Assembly (NCBI GenBank): GCA_021794995.1
Contig: JAJYPY010000001.1
Location: 1-62,659, forward strand
Direction: 5' to 3'
Length of the DNA stretch: 62,659 bases
Source of the DNA: Actinomycetes bacterium
GTDB lineage: Bacteria; Actinomycetota; Acidimicrobiia; Acidimicrobiales; RAAP-2
Shown in pieces: positions 17,367-27,006 of the stretch; position 1 is the stretch's first letter; each line of letters begins with the position of its first letter. The notes under the pieces are model-generated. The model saw only the letters and a list, made by a program, of their open reading frames with translations, ran no database searches and was not told the origin of the DNA. Position numbers and translations under genes: made by a program.

Positions 17367-17405
17367 GGCATGCGCACGGGCAGCGCCCGCGTGCGAGGGA
17401 GAGAC

Positions 17406-18068
17406 GTGGCAACGAAGGCGATCGTCGGCGAGAAGGTCGGCATGACCCAGGTGTGGGACGAGCAGAACCGCGCCATACCGGTGACGGTGCTGCGCGTCGC
17501 GCCCGTGCGGGTCGTCCAGGTGAAGACCCCCGAGCGCGAGGGCTACTCCGCCCTCCAGGTCACCTGGGGATTCCGGCGCACCTCCACCCTCACCAAACCC
17601 GAGCAGGGCCACTTCGACCGTGCTGGTGTCGACCCGGGACGACGTCTCGTCGAGCTTCGCCTCGAGGACACGAGTGACTTCGAGGTCGGCCAGGAGCTCA
17701 CCGCCGAGCTCTGGAGCGCCGGTGAGCGCGTCGATGCCATCGCCGTCAGCAAGGGCAAGGGGTTCGCTGGTGGCATGAAGCGGCACAACTTCAAGGGTCA
17801 GGGTGCCGCGCACGGCAACCACAAGCACCACCGCGCGCCGGGATCGATCGGCGCGTGCGCGACCCCTTCCAAGGTCTTCAAGGGCACGCGCATGGCCGGT
17901 CGCATGGGCGCCCGGCAAGTCACGGCGCTGAACCTCGAGGTGATCTCGAGCGATCCGGAGCGCGAGCTCGTCCTCGTGAAGGGGGCGGTGCCAGGGCCCC
18001 GTGGCGCTGTCGTCGTCCTGCGGGACTCGGTCAAGACGCCCCCGCAGCGCAACGGGAGCCGGTCATGA
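17406..18068 (+). CDS. rplC: 50S ribosomal protein L3
   Basis: GTG 17406 follows GAGGGAGAG and gives (M)ATKAIVGEKVGMTQVWDEQNRAIPVTVL, the canonical L3 N-terminus. The ORF-track start at 17235 adds unconserved sequence. Confidence 0.9.
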   Translation: MATKAIVGEKVGMTQVWDEQNRAIPVTVLRVAPVRVVQVKTPEREGYSALQVTWGFRRTSTLTKPEQGHFDRAGVDPGRRLVELRLEDTSDFEVGQELTAELWSAGERVDAIAVSKGKGFAGGMKRHNFKGQGAAHGNHKHHRAPGSIGACATPSKVFKGTRMAGRMGARQVTALNLEVISSDPERELVLVKGAVPGPRGAVVVLRDSVKTPPQRNGSRS

Positions 18069-18826
18069 GCGCGACGGCCCCCAGCACGCTGCGCCCGGCG
18101 GTGAAGAAGGATCGGCCCGCTCCGGTGGCCCGATCGGTCGAGCGGCGCGATATGTCGGGGAAGGCGCTGGGCACGGTCGAGCTCGCCCCGGAGATCTTTG
18201 GCATCGCACCCAACGTGGCGGTCCTGCACCAGGTGGTCACCGCGCAGTTGGCGGCAGCGCGCGCGGGGACGCAGTCGACGAAGACCCGTGCGGAGGTCCG
18301 GGGCGGCGGGGCCAAGCCGTTCCGTCAAAAAGGGACGGGTCGTGCACGCCAGGGCTCGACGCGCTCTCCGATCTGGACGGGCGGCGGCGTGGCCCTCGGG
18401 CCGAAGCCGCGGAGCTACGTGCAGCGCACCCCGAAGAAGATGGTCCGCTTGGCGCTGCGGTCGGCACTGTCGGACCGCGCCGCCGGCGAGAAGGTGGCGG
18501 TCGTGGACGCATGGCGGTTCGAGGCGCCCAAGACCAAGGACGCGGTCGCAGCACTCGGCTCGCTCGGGCTCAGCGGACGCGTGCTCGTGGTGCTCGGTGA
18601 CGACGAGATCACCGCCGCGCGCTCGTTTGCCAACCTTCCCGAGATCCAGACCGTGCTCGCAGCCGAGCTCTCGGCGTACGACGTCCTGCGAAACGACTGG
18701 ATCGTGTTCACCGACGCGACGCTGCCTGGGGGCACGGGAGCCGGTGTGGCGGCCGAAGAGGACGCCGACGTGGACGCCGTCGCCGACGTGGACGCCGACG
18801 TCGACGAGGAGGAGGAGACCCGATGA
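18065..18826 (+). CDS. rplD: 50S ribosomal protein L4
   Basis: ATG 18065 overlaps the rplC stop (ATGA). The conserved core begins at MSGKALGTVELAPEIFG (alternative ATG 18152). It contains GGGAKPFRQKGTGRARQGS and an acidic DADVDAVADVDADVDEEEE tail. Confidence 0.88.
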   Translation: MSATAPSTLRPAVKKDRPAPVARSVERRDMSGKALGTVELAPEIFGIAPNVAVLHQVVTAQLAAARAGTQSTKTRAEVRGGGAKPFRQKGTGRARQGSTRSPIWTGGGVALGPKPRSYVQRTPKKMVRLALRSALSDRAAGEKVAVVDAWRFEAPKTKDAVAALGSLGLSGRVLVVLGDDEITAARSFANLPEIQTVLAAELSAYDVLRNDWIVFTDATLPGGTGAGVAAEEDADVDAVADVDADVDEEEETR

Positions 18827-19113
18827 AGGAGAGCACCGCAGTGCTGCGGCGCCCGGTCATCTCCGAGAAGAGCTATTCGCTCATGAACCGGAACGTCTAC
18901 GTGTTCGTCGTCGACAAGCGCGCCAGCAAGATCGACGTGCGCCATGCCGTCGAACGGGCCTTCGACGTGCGCGTCGACAAGGTCAACACCTTGAACCGCA
19001 AGGGAAAGGCGACCAGGAACCGGCGCACCAACAAGACCGGTCAACGCCCGGACACCAAGCGCGCCTTCGTGACGCTGCACCCGGGCGACAAGATCGATCT
19101 CTTCGAGAGCTGA
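18823..19113 (+). CDS. rplW: 50S ribosomal protein L23
   Basis: [49 protein letters not shown]. Confidence 0.93.
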   Translation: MKESTAVLRRPVISEKSYSLMNRNVYVFVVDKRASKIDVRHAVERAFDVRVDKVNTLNRKGKATRNRRTNKTGQRPDTKRAFVTLHPGDKIDLFES

Positions 19114-19120
19114 GGACGCC

Positions 19121-19957
19121 ATGCCGCTGCGCGCACGCAAGCCCACCAGCGCCGGACGCCGGTTCCAGACCGTCTCCGACTTCGCCGAGATCACCCGCGA
19201 TCGGCCGGAGCGCTCTCTGCTCTCGCCGAACCCTGGGTCGGGCGGACGCAACAGCTACGGCCGCAAGACCGCACGTCACCGCGGTGGCGGTCACAAGCGG
19301 CAGTACCGCATCGTGGACTTTCGGCGGGACAAGGACGGCGTTCCTGCGAAGGTCGCTGCCATCGAGTACGACCCCAACCGCAATGCCCGGATCGCGTTGC
19401 TGCACTTTGCCGACGGCGAGAAGCGCTACATCCTGGCGCCCGGTGGCGTCCGAGTGGGCGACATGCTCCAGAACGGCCAGGGGTCGGAGATCCGTCCAGG
19501 CAACGCCCTTCCGCTGCGCTACATCCCCGTGGGATCGGTTGTGCACTGCGTGGAGCTTCGCCCTGGAGGCGGCGGGAAGCTGGCGCGCGGCGCCGGGATG
19601 AGCGTGCAGCTCGTCGCCAAGGAGGGGGCGTTCGCCACCCTCCGCCTGCCCTCGACCGAGATGCGGCGAGTGTCGATCGAGTGTCGCGCGACGCTGGGCG
19701 TGGTCGGCAACTCCGAGGCCGAGCTGGTGAAGATCGGCAAAGCCGGGCGGAACCGGTGGAAGGGCATCCGGCCCCAGACCCGTGGCGTTGCGATGAACCC
19801 GATCGACCACCCGCTCGGTGGCGGCGAGGGGAAGTCGTCAGGTGGCAGGCATCCTGTGTCGCCTTGGGGAAAGCCCGAGGGACGGACCCGGGCCCGGCAC
19901 AAAGAGTCCGACAAGTTGATCGTTCGCCGGCGCCGCACCCGCGGCGCGCGGCGGTAG
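19121..19957 (+). CDS. rplB: 50S ribosomal protein L2
   Basis: [26 protein letters not shown]...[26 protein letters not shown]. Confidence 0.96.
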   Translation: MPLRARKPTSAGRRFQTVSDFAEITRDRPERSLLSPNPGSGGRNSYGRKTARHRGGGHKRQYRIVDFRRDKDGVPAKVAAIEYDPNRNARIALLHFADGEKRYILAPGGVRVGDMLQNGQGSEIRPGNALPLRYIPVGSVVHCVELRPGGGGKLARGAGMSVQLVAKEGAFATLRLPSTEMRRVSIECRATLGVVGNSEAELVKIGKAGRNRWKGIRPQTRGVAMNPIDHPLGGGEGKSSGGRHPVSPWGKPEGRTRARHKESDKLIVRRRRTRGARR

Positions 19958-19968
19958 CGGGAGGTCTC

Positions 19969-20247
19969 GTGCCGCGCAGCTTGAAGAAGGGTCCGTTCGT
20001 CGACGACCACCTGTTGAAGAAGGTCGACGCGCTGAACGCCAGCGGAGAGAAGCGGGTCGTCAAGACCTGGTCTCGCCGCTCCACGATCATCCCGGACATG
20101 GTCGGTCACACGATCGCCGTCCACGACGGGCGTCGCCACGTGCCCGTCTACGTGACCGAGTCCATGGTCGGCCACAAGCTCGGAGAGTTCGCGCCCACCC
20201 GGACGTTCCGCTACCACGCCGGCCAAGAGCGGGCCGGGAGGCGCTGA
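19969..20247 (+). CDS. rpsS: 30S ribosomal protein S19
   Basis: GTG 19969 gives (M)[22 protein letters not shown]...[33 protein letters not shown]. Confidence 0.93.
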   Translation: MPRSLKKGPFVDDHLLKKVDALNASGEKRVVKTWSRRSTIIPDMVGHTIAVHDGRRHVPVYVTESMVGHKLGEFAPTRTFRYHAGQERAGRR

Positions 20248-20248
20248 G

Positions 20249-20974
20249 ATGCCGGGTCTGAAGACGAACGAGCGCGTCGGGACGCGCGCCGTCCTGCGCC
20301 ACTGCCACATGTCGGCGACCAAGGCACGCGTCGTGCTGAACCTCATCCGCGGGCGCGACGTCGACCGCGCGACGGAGATCCTGCGGGACACCCCGCGGGA
20401 AGCCGCCGAGATCATCGGGAAACTCCTCGCCTCCGCGGTGGCGAATGCCGTGCACAACGACGGAGCGGACGCGGAGGACCTCTACGTCTCCGCGTGCTAC
20501 GCGGACGAGGGCGTGACGTTGAAGCGCTGGCGTCCCCGGGCGAGGGGCCGCGCGACGCGTATTCGCAAGCGCAGCTGCCACATCACGATCATCGTCAGCC
20601 GGATGCCCGAGGAGCGACTCCTCCGTCGCCGATCCGAGCGCCAGGCCGCAGGTGCCCAGCGCCAGCGGCGGGTCGCAGAATCCCGCCGGCGTGCCGACCT
20701 CGCCGGCCGCCTCTCCCGCCGGCGCCATGCCGCGGAGGCCGAGGCAGCGCTCGCCGCAGATGCGCCCGACGTCCAGTTCGAGGAAGAAGGCGAGATCGGT
20801 TCCCCGACAGCGCCGGTCGCAAGCGAAGAGACCACGGGCGCGGAGGCACTGGCCGACGCGCCCGACCCCGCCGACGCGCCCGACCTCGCCGCTGACGAGG
20901 ATGCCGGTCGGGGCACAGCCGAGGTCGAGGGCGCCGCAGGCGCGGGCGCAGCCGAGAGCGAGAAGGGCGAATAG
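20249..20974 (+). CDS. rplV: 50S ribosomal protein L22 with a ~115-aa C-terminal extension
   Basis: The core is RHCHMSATKARVVLNLIRGRDVDRATEILR...RIRKRSCHITIIV, followed by an Arg-rich and then acidic Ala/Asp/Glu tail. 241 aa in total. Confidence 0.9.
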   Translation: MPGLKTNERVGTRAVLRHCHMSATKARVVLNLIRGRDVDRATEILRDTPREAAEIIGKLLASAVANAVHNDGADAEDLYVSACYADEGVTLKRWRPRARGRATRIRKRSCHITIIVSRMPEERLLRRRSERQAAGAQRQRRVAESRRRADLAGRLSRRRHAAEAEAALAADAPDVQFEEEGEIGSPTAPVASEETTGAEALADAPDPADAPDLAADEDAGRGTAEVEGAAGAGAAESEKGE

Positions 20975-22324
20975 ATGGGCCAAAAGGTCAACCCCTACGG
21001 CTTCCGGCTCGGTGTGACCACCGACTGGAAGTCCCGCTGGTTCGAGGAGCGCCACTACCGCGACTTCGTCGTCGAGGACTGGAAGATCCGCGACTACCTC
21101 ATGTCCCAGCTCGAGGCTGCGGCCGTGAGCCGCATCGAGGTCGAGCGCACGCGCGATCGCCTGCGGGTGGACATCCACACCGCGCGCCCCGGCATCGTCA
21201 TCGGCCGGCGCGGCGCGGAGGCCGACCGTCTGAAGAAGCGGCTCGAGGAGATCACGGGGCTGCCGAACCGCATCCAGCTGAACATCCAAGAGATCAAGCA
21301 GCCCGAGCTGGATGCCGCGTTGATCGCGCAGGGCATCTGTGACCAGCTCGCGCGGCGCGTCGCCTTCCGCAGGGCGATGAAGCGGGCCATCCAGACGGTG
21401 CAGAAGGCGGGCGCCCAGGGAGTCCGCGTGCAATGCTCCGGACGCCTGGGCGGCTCGGAGATGGCGCGCAAGGAGTCGTACCGCGAAGGCCGCGTGCCGC
21501 TGCACACGCTGCGTGCGGACATCGACTACGGCTTTCGCGAAGCGAAGACGACCGCTGGGCGTGTGGGCGTGAAGGTGTGGATTTACAAGGGCGACATCCT
21601 CCCCTACAAGGTCTCGATCGACGAGAAGATCACCCGAGAGGCCGCCATGGCGGTCGGCGAGACCTCGGGGCAGGGCCGGCCGCGCCGGCTCATCACCGCT
21701 GGCGGCGGTCGCCGCCGCATGGACCAGGGAGTGCCCGGCTCCGTTCCCGCCGATCTGGCCACCGACGACGACCTCTTGTTCGACGAAGAGCTCGTGGCCG
21801 GGGACGGACAGGCAGCGCACACGGCGCCTGCCGACGACCGCGCGGAGCCTGCCAAGGCGGAGGCGCACGCAACGCCCGAGACGGAGATGGAGCCCGAGAC
21901 GGAGATGGAGCCCGAGGCGGCCCTTTCGCCCGAGGTGGGCCTTTCGCCCGAGGTGGGCCTTTCGCCCGAGGCGAGCGTCCCGGACCTTGAATCGGCACCG
22001 ACACCTGCACCTGCGCCTGCACCTGCACCTGCACCTGCGCCTGCACCTGCGGTCGCCGAAGTGGCCGCCGAGGCGGCCCCTGCCGCCCCCCCCGCCCCCG
22101 CTGCCCCCGATGGGCTCGCTCCCGGGGAGTCCGCTGCTCCGGCCGGAGCGGTGCAGTCCGAAGAGGGGGCCGACGAGGGTGAGGTGCCGCCGGTCGGCGA
22201 TCTGATCGCCCCGCCGACGGAGCCCGACGAGCTCGAGAGGCGCCTCGCCGAGGACGAAGAGATGGAGCGCAGGAGCCGCCACGAGCACCACGAGGCGCCC
22301 CATTTCCGGCGGGAGGTGGACTGA
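20975..22324 (+). CDS. rpsC: 30S ribosomal protein S3 with a ~240-aa low-complexity C-terminal extension
   Basis: The N-terminal ~205 aa is canonical S3 ([23 protein letters not shown]..., KH domain, ...[13 protein letters not shown]). The ORF runs uninterrupted to 22324, 1 nt before the rplP ATG. Confidence 0.9.
   Translation: MGQKVNPYGFRLGVTTDWKSRWFEERHYRDFVVEDWKIRDYLMSQLEAAAVSRIEVERTRDRLRVDIHTARPGIVIGRRGAEADRLKKRLEEITGLPNRIQLNIQEIKQPELDAALIAQGICDQLARRVAFRRAMKRAIQTVQKAGAQGVRVQCSGRLGGSEMARKESYREGRVPLHTLRADIDYGFREAKTTAGRVGVKVWIYKGDILPYKVSIDEKITREAAMAVGETSGQGRPRRLITAGGGRRRMDQGVPGSVPADLATDDDLLFDEELVAGDGQAAHTAPADDRAEPAKAEAHATPETEMEPETEMEPEAALSPEVGLSPEVGLSPEASVPDLESAPTPAPAPAPAPAPAPAPAVAEVAAEAAPAAPPAPAAPDGLAPGESAAPAGAVQSEEGADEGEVPPVGDLIAPPTEPDELERRLAEDEEMERRSRHEHHEAPHFRREVD
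21875..21982 (+). repeat. In-frame 18-bp periodic array x6 in the rpsC tail
   Basis: CCCGAGACGGAGATGGAG occurs twice, followed by four CCCGAGG-initiated 18-bp units, two of them the identical CCCGAGGTGGGCCTTTCG. The array encodes [36 protein letters not shown]. Confidence 0.92.
21995..22048 (+). repeat. Hexanucleotide (GCRCCT)n microsatellite x9 in the rpsC tail
   Basis: GCACCG ACACCT GCACCT GCGCCT GCACCT GCACCT GCACCT GCGCCT GCACCT encodes an (Ala-Pro)n tract. Confidence 0.92.
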
Positions 22325-22325
22325 G

Positions 22326-22763
22326 ATGCTCATGCCCCGCAAGGTCAAGCACCGCAAGCAGCAGCGCGGGCGGCTGACCGGCGCCGCGAAAGGCGGGACG
22401 ACGGTCACCTTCGGCGACTTCGGGATCCAAGCGCTCGAGCCCGGCTGGCTCACCGCTCGACAGATCGAGGCTGCCCGTATCGCGATGACCCGCCACGTGC
22501 GACGCGGCGGGAAGATCTGGATCCGGGTGTTCCCGGACAAGCCGGTCACCCAGAAGCCTGCCGAGACGCGCATGGGATCGGGGAAGGGGAACCCCGAGCA
22601 CTGGGTCGCCGTCGTGCGTCCCGGCCGCGTCCTCTTCGAGCTCGCAGGGGTCGAGCAGGACCTCGCCCAGGCGGCGATGGAGCGCGCGATCCAGAAGCTG
22701 CCGATGAAGGCGCGTTTCGTCGTGCGTCCCGGCACCCACGGCGCGTCGGAGGTGCAGGTCTGA
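22326..22763 (+). CDS. rplP: 50S ribosomal protein L16
   Basis: [38 protein letters not shown]. Confidence 0.95.
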   Translation: MLMPRKVKHRKQQRGRLTGAAKGGTTVTFGDFGIQALEPGWLTARQIEAARIAMTRHVRRGGKIWIRVFPDKPVTQKPAETRMGSGKGNPEHWVAVVRPGRVLFELAGVEQDLAQAAMERAIQKLPMKARFVVRPGTHGASEVQV

Positions 22764-23008
22764 TGGCGCAGTCTGAATTCGCCACCATGGAGCGCAGCGA
22801 GCTCGAGGACCGACTTGTGCAGTCGCGCAAGGAGCTGTTCAACCTCCGCTTCCAGATGGCGACCGGCCAGCTCGACAACTCCGCGCGCGTGGGTCACGTG
22901 CGCAAGGAGGTCGCGCGCATTCTCACCTACCTGCGCCAGCAGGATCTGGCGCAGGGCGAGCCCGGCCAACCGGCCGGTGCGACCGACGACGAGATCGAGG
23001 AGGCCTGA
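22763..23008 (+). CDS. rpmC: 50S ribosomal protein L29
   Basis: [42 protein letters not shown]. The start overlaps the rplP stop. Confidence 0.9.
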   Translation: MAQSEFATMERSELEDRLVQSRKELFNLRFQMATGQLDNSARVGHVRKEVARILTYLRQQDLAQGEPGQPAGATDDEIEEA

Positions 23009-23310
23009 TGCCCGACGGCGACGACGGCACCACGCCGGCCGGGGCCACGACCGGGTCGCGACCCAACCGGCGCAAGGTGCGCGAGGGAATGGTCGTGTCG
23101 GACAAGATGACCGCCACCGTCGTCGTGGCGGTGGTCGAGCGCGTGCGCCACCCCCGCTACGGCAAGACCGTGCAGCGCACCAAGCGGCTCTATGTGCACG
23201 ATGCAGAAGGAAGTGCGCGGGTCGGGGACCGGGTGCGAGTGGTCGAGACGCGCCCCTTGTCCAAGCTGAAGCGCTGGCGCGTGGCGGAGATCGTGGAGCG
23301 TGCCCGGTGA
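23008..23310 (+). CDS. rpsQ: 30S ribosomal protein S17
   Basis: [44 protein letters not shown]...[15 protein letters not shown]. Confidence 0.92.
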   Translation: MPDGDDGTTPAGATTGSRPNRRKVREGMVVSDKMTATVVVAVVERVRHPRYGKTVQRTKRLYVHDAEGSARVGDRVRVVETRPLSKLKRWRVAEIVERAR

Positions 23311-23675
23311 TCCAGCAAGAGTCGCGGCTGCGGGTCGCCGACAACTCGGGTGCGAAAGAGGTTCTTTGCATCCGCGTGCTCGGTGGGTCGCGCCGTCGGT
23401 ATGCGAGCATCGGCGACATCTTCGTTGCCACCGTGAAGGACGCGATCCCCGGCGCCGCAGTGAAGAAGGGCGACGTCGTCAAGTGCGTCGTCGTGCGCAC
23501 GGTCAAAGAGAAGCGCCGTGCCGACGGGAGCTATATCCGCTTCGACGAGAACGCCGCGGTCCTGATCAACGACCAGCAGCAACCGAGGGGTACCCGCATC
23601 TTCGGTCCCGTCGGCCGCGAGCTGCGGGACAAGAAGTTCATGAGGATCGTGTCGCTCGCTCCGGAGGTGTTGTGA
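23307..23675 (+). CDS. rplN: 50S ribosomal protein L14
   Basis: GTG 23307 overlaps the rpsQ stop (GTGA) and gives (M)[26 protein letters not shown]. Confidence 0.94.
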   Translation: MIQQESRLRVADNSGAKEVLCIRVLGGSRRRYASIGDIFVATVKDAIPGAAVKKGDVVKCVVVRTVKEKRRADGSYIRFDENAAVLINDQQQPRGTRIFGPVGRELRDKKFMRIVSLAPEVL

Positions 23676-23983
23676 TGCGTATTCGCAAGGGTGACACCGT
23701 GATCGTCCGGGCGGGCAAGTACAAGGGACACCGCAGTGAGGTCGTGCGCGCCATGCCGTCGCAGGGCAAGGTGGTCGTGGAGGGCGTGAACGTGGCCAAG
23801 CGTCACTCCAAGCCGACCGCCCGGACCTACCAGGGTGGCATCATCGACAAGTTCATGCCGATGCCGGTCTCGGCGGTGTCCATCGTGTGCCGCTCGTGCG
23901 GGGACCCGACGCGCATCGGGATGCAGGTGGACGACCAGGGCCGCAAGGTGCGGATCTGCCGGAAGTGCGGAGCCGAGCTGTGA
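23675..23983 (+). CDS. rplX: 50S ribosomal protein L24 (CxxC-x19-CxxC form)
   Basis: ATG 23675 overlaps the rplN stop. [24 protein letters not shown] is the KOW motif. The C-terminus carries four Cys residues. Confidence 0.93.
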   Translation: MRIRKGDTVIVRAGKYKGHRSEVVRAMPSQGKVVVEGVNVAKRHSKPTARTYQGGIIDKFMPMPVSAVSIVCRSCGDPTRIGMQVDDQGRKVRICRKCGAEL

Positions 23984-24702
23984 GCCCGGCCAAGGCGGGC
24001 GCAAGCGCGGCCAAAGCGACGAAGAAGGCCACGGCGGCGAAGAAGACCGCTCCACGCCCGGCCCCTGCACGCGCGGCGAAGACCGCGGGGACCAAGGCGG
24101 CACCCGATATCGCCCGGACGGCCGGACGTGCCGCGGGGAGCGCGGGCGAGTCGGCGCCGAGGCTCAAGACCCGCTACCGAGACGAGGTGCGGTCCCACCT
24201 GCAAGAGGTGCTCGGTCTCACCAACGTGATGGAAGTCCCACGCCTCGAGAAGGTCGTCGTGAACATGGGCGTAGGGCGCGCGACCCAGCAGCCCTCGCTC
24301 ATCGAGGGCGCCCAGCGAGACATCGAAGTCATCACGGGCCAGAAGTCGGTGGTCACGAGGGCCAAGAAGTCGATCGCCGGGTTCAAGCTCCGAGAGGGCA
24401 TGCCCATCGGCGTGCGGGTCACCCTGCGCGGCGATCGGGCCTGGGAGTTCCTCGACCGGCTCATCAGCCTGGCCATTCCCCGGATCCGCGACTTCCGTGG
24501 ACTGTCCCCCCGTTCGTTCGACGGCGCCGGCAACTACACCTTCGGCGTCAACGAGCAGCTCATCTTTCCCGAGGTCGACTACGACCGCATCGACACCGTC
24601 CGAGGGATGGACATCACGATCGTCACCACCGCCCGCACCGACGACGAGGGCCGAGCGTTCCTACGAGCGTTCGGCTTCCCGTTCCGACAGGAGACCCGAT
24701 AG
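23980..24702 (+). CDS. rplE: 50S ribosomal protein L5 with a ~55-aa Lys/Ala-rich N-terminal extension
   Basis: The core is [40 protein letters not shown]. The only in-frame start codon upstream of the core and downstream of rplX is GTG 23980, which overlaps the rplX stop as GTGA. Confidence 0.85.
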   Translation: MSPAKAGASAAKATKKATAAKKTAPRPAPARAAKTAGTKAAPDIARTAGRAAGSAGESAPRLKTRYRDEVRSHLQEVLGLTNVMEVPRLEKVVVNMGVGRATQQPSLIEGAQRDIEVITGQKSVVTRAKKSIAGFKLREGMPIGVRVTLRGDRAWEFLDRLISLAIPRIRDFRGLSPRSFDGAGNYTFGVNEQLIFPEVDYDRIDTVRGMDITIVTTARTDDEGRAFLRAFGFPFRQETR

Positions 24703-24707
24703 GCATC

Positions 24708-24893
24708 ATGGCGAAGAAGGCACTGATCCAAAAGCAACAGCGCACGCCGAAGTTCAAGGTCCGGGCGTACACCCGGTGCATGCGGTGCGGCCGCCCGAAG
24801 GCGGTCTACCGCAAGTTCGGGCTGTGTCGCATCTGTCTCCGCACGATGGTCCACGCCGGCGAGGTGCCCGGAGTGACCAAGGCGAGCTGGTAG
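24708..24893 (+). CDS. rpsN: 30S ribosomal protein S14, short zinc-binding type Z (61 aa)
   Basis: [45 protein letters not shown] contains CxxC-x12-CxxC. Confidence 0.93.
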   Translation: MAKKALIQKQQRTPKFKVRAYTRCMRCGRPKAVYRKFGLCRICLRTMVHAGEVPGVTKASW

Positions 24894-24905
24894 GAGCGCG
24901 GGCAA

Positions 24906-25310
24906 ATGACGATGACCGATCCGATCGCGGACATGCTGACCCGCATCCGCAACGCAAGCACGGCGCAGAAAGAGACCGTGTCGATGCCGGGCTCCAAGCT
25001 GAAGGAGTCGCTCGCGCAGATTCTCGAGCGAGAGGGCTTCATCGAGGGGTACTCCGTCCACCAGGAGCCGGGCCGACCGGGACCGACCCTCGAGATCACG
25101 ATGAAGTACTCCTCAGAGCGCGTGCGGAGCATCGGCGGCATCCGCCGGGTCTCGAAGCCGGGGCTGCGGATCTACGCGCGTGCCGACAAGATGCCCCGCG
25201 TGCTCGGAGGCATGGGGGTTGCGGTCTTGTCCACGAGCCACGGGCTCATGACCGACCGAGAGGCGCGCCAGCGCCACCTCGGTGGGGAGGTGCTCTGCCA
25301 TGTGTGGTAA
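24906..25310 (+). CDS. rpsH: 30S ribosomal protein S8
   Basis: [33 protein letters not shown]. Confidence 0.95.
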   Translation: MTMTDPIADMLTRIRNASTAQKETVSMPGSKLKESLAQILEREGFIEGYSVHQEPGRPGPTLEITMKYSSERVRSIGGIRRVSKPGLRIYARADKMPRVLGGMGVAVLSTSHGLMTDREARQRHLGGEVLCHVW

Positions 25311-25356
25311 CCGGCCGAGCCATGCGGTCGCCGGCGTGTGCGAAGGAGAACGCTAG

Positions 25357-25896
25357 ATGTCCCGTATCGGACGGACGCCCATTCCCGTGCCACAGGGAGT
25401 GACCGTCGCGCTCGACCAAGGCGCCGTCACGGTCACCGGTCCCCAGGGCAGCCTGGCGCGCCAGCTCCCCCAGGGCATCACGATCAGCCAGGACGGCGAC
25501 GTCCTCACGGTGGCGCGCCCTGACGACGAGCGTGAGCACCGCGCGCTGCACGGGCTCACGCGCTCACTCGTCGCGAACATGGTGACCGGCGTGACGCAGG
25601 GCTTCACCAAGGAGCTCGAGATCGTCGGCGTCGGCTACAGGGCGAACGCCCGGAGCCCGCAGGCCATCGAGCTCGCGCTGGGCTTCTCGCACCCGGTCGT
25701 CGTGGACGCCCCGGACGGCGTCAGCTTCGAGGTTCCCGTGCCGACCCGGATCGTGGTGCGCGGCATCGACAAGGAGCTCGTCGGACAGGTCGCCGCGAAC
25801 ATCCGGAAGATCCGCAAGCCCGAGCCCTACAAGGGCAAGGGTGTGCGATATGCCGGCGAGCGGGTACTGCGCAAGGCAGGAAAGGCGGCGAAGTAA
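25357..25896 (+). CDS. rplF: 50S ribosomal protein L6
   Basis: [17 protein letters not shown]...GVGYRA...[13 protein letters not shown]. Confidence 0.95.
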   Translation: MSRIGRTPIPVPQGVTVALDQGAVTVTGPQGSLARQLPQGITISQDGDVLTVARPDDEREHRALHGLTRSLVANMVTGVTQGFTKELEIVGVGYRANARSPQAIELALGFSHPVVVDAPDGVSFEVPVPTRIVVRGIDKELVGQVAANIRKIRKPEPYKGKGVRYAGERVLRKAGKAAK

Positions 25897-26270
25897 TGGC
25901 TCGCACCGACCGCGAACGGGAGCTCCGCACGCGACGGCACCGGCGTGTCCGCCGAAAGGTGGCGGGCACCCCTGCGCGGCCCCGCCTGGCCGTCAACCGC
26001 AGCCTCCGGCACATCACCGCCCAGGTCATCGACGACACGAGCGGCCACACGCTGGCCTCGGCGTCGACGGTGGACAAAGAGCTGCGCGATGCCCTGTCGG
26101 GCAAGAGCGGCGGTAACGTGAGCGCCGCCGAGGCCGTTGGTCGCCTCGTGGCCGCCCGCGCGAAGGCCGCAGGGGTGAGCCGGGTGGTGTTCGATCGGGG
26201 CGGCTTCGCCTACCACGGCCGAGTGGCGGCGCTGGCCGACGCTGCACGCCACGAGGGACTGGAGTTCTGA
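25896..26270 (+). CDS. rplR: 50S ribosomal protein L18
   Basis: [35 protein letters not shown]...[28 protein letters not shown]. Confidence 0.94.
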   Translation: MARTDRERELRTRRHRRVRRKVAGTPARPRLAVNRSLRHITAQVIDDTSGHTLASASTVDKELRDALSGKSGGNVSAAEAVGRLVAARAKAAGVSRVVFDRGGFAYHGRVAALADAARHEGLEF

Positions 26271-26818
26271 TGAGCGAGGTGCAGTACGAGGAGCGCACCA
26301 TCCGTGTGAACCGGGTCGCCAAGGTCGTGAAAGGCGGTCGGCGGTTCTCCTTCGCCGCGCTGATGGTGATCGGCGACGGCAACGGCAAGGTGGGGCTCGG
26401 CTACGGCAAAGCCAAGGAGGCCGGTCTCGCCGTACAAAAGGGTATCGAGGAGGCGCGCAAGAACATCTTCGAGGTGCCCCTCGCCGGCACGACGATCACC
26501 CACCCGATCATCGGGGAGAGCGGTGCGGGGCGCGTGCTGCTGAAGCCCGCAGCTCCGGGAACCGGCGTGATCGCCGGCGGCGCCGCGCGGGCGATCCTCG
26601 AAATGGCCGGGATCCGCGACATCCTTGCCAAGTCGCTCGGTTCTTCCAACGGCATCAACGTGGCGCACGCCACGATCGCCGGCTTGCGCGCCCTGCGCCG
26701 TCCCGACGACGTCGCAGCGCTCCGGGGCAAAACCGCCGACGAGGTCACCCCCACCGGTGTCCTGCGCGCGTACCGCGAGCGCCGCCGGGAGACGGAGCTC
26801 TACTCGGAGGTGCGGTGA
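26270..26818 (+). CDS. rpsE: 30S ribosomal protein S5
   Basis: [39 protein letters not shown]. Confidence 0.95.
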   Translation: MSEVQYEERTIRVNRVAKVVKGGRRFSFAALMVIGDGNGKVGLGYGKAKEAGLAVQKGIEEARKNIFEVPLAGTTITHPIIGESGAGRVLLKPAAPGTGVIAGGAARAILEMAGIRDILAKSLGSSNGINVAHATIAGLRALRRPDDVAALRGKTADEVTPTGVLRAYRERRRETELYSEVR

Positions 26819-27006
26819 CGATGCCGGTCTTGCGGGTGACGCAGGTGCGGTCGGAGATCGGGTCCAAGCCCAAGCATCGTGGGACGCTGCGCGCCCTCGG
26901 GCTTCGGCGTCTCGGCCAGTCCAACGATCTACCCGACCGTCCCGAGATCCGGGGCATGTTGGCGAGGGTTCCCCACCTCGTGAAGGTGGAGGAGGTGCGA
27001 GAATGA
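26815..27006 (+). CDS. rpmD: 50S ribosomal protein L30
   Basis: [34 protein letters not shown] 26815 overlaps the rpsE stop; ATG 26821 is an alternative. Confidence 0.9.
   Translation: MTMPVLRVTQVRSEIGSKPKHRGTLRALGLRRLGQSNDLPDRPEIRGMLARVPHLVKVEEVRE

Noticed and set aside
20087-23506. A 1139-aa minus-strand ORF spanning the rplV-rpsC-rplP-rpsQ region.
   Set aside because: It is a shadow ORF of the S10-operon genes. Its repeats merely mirror the S3 tail repeats. It has no RBS or start context and no conserved domains.
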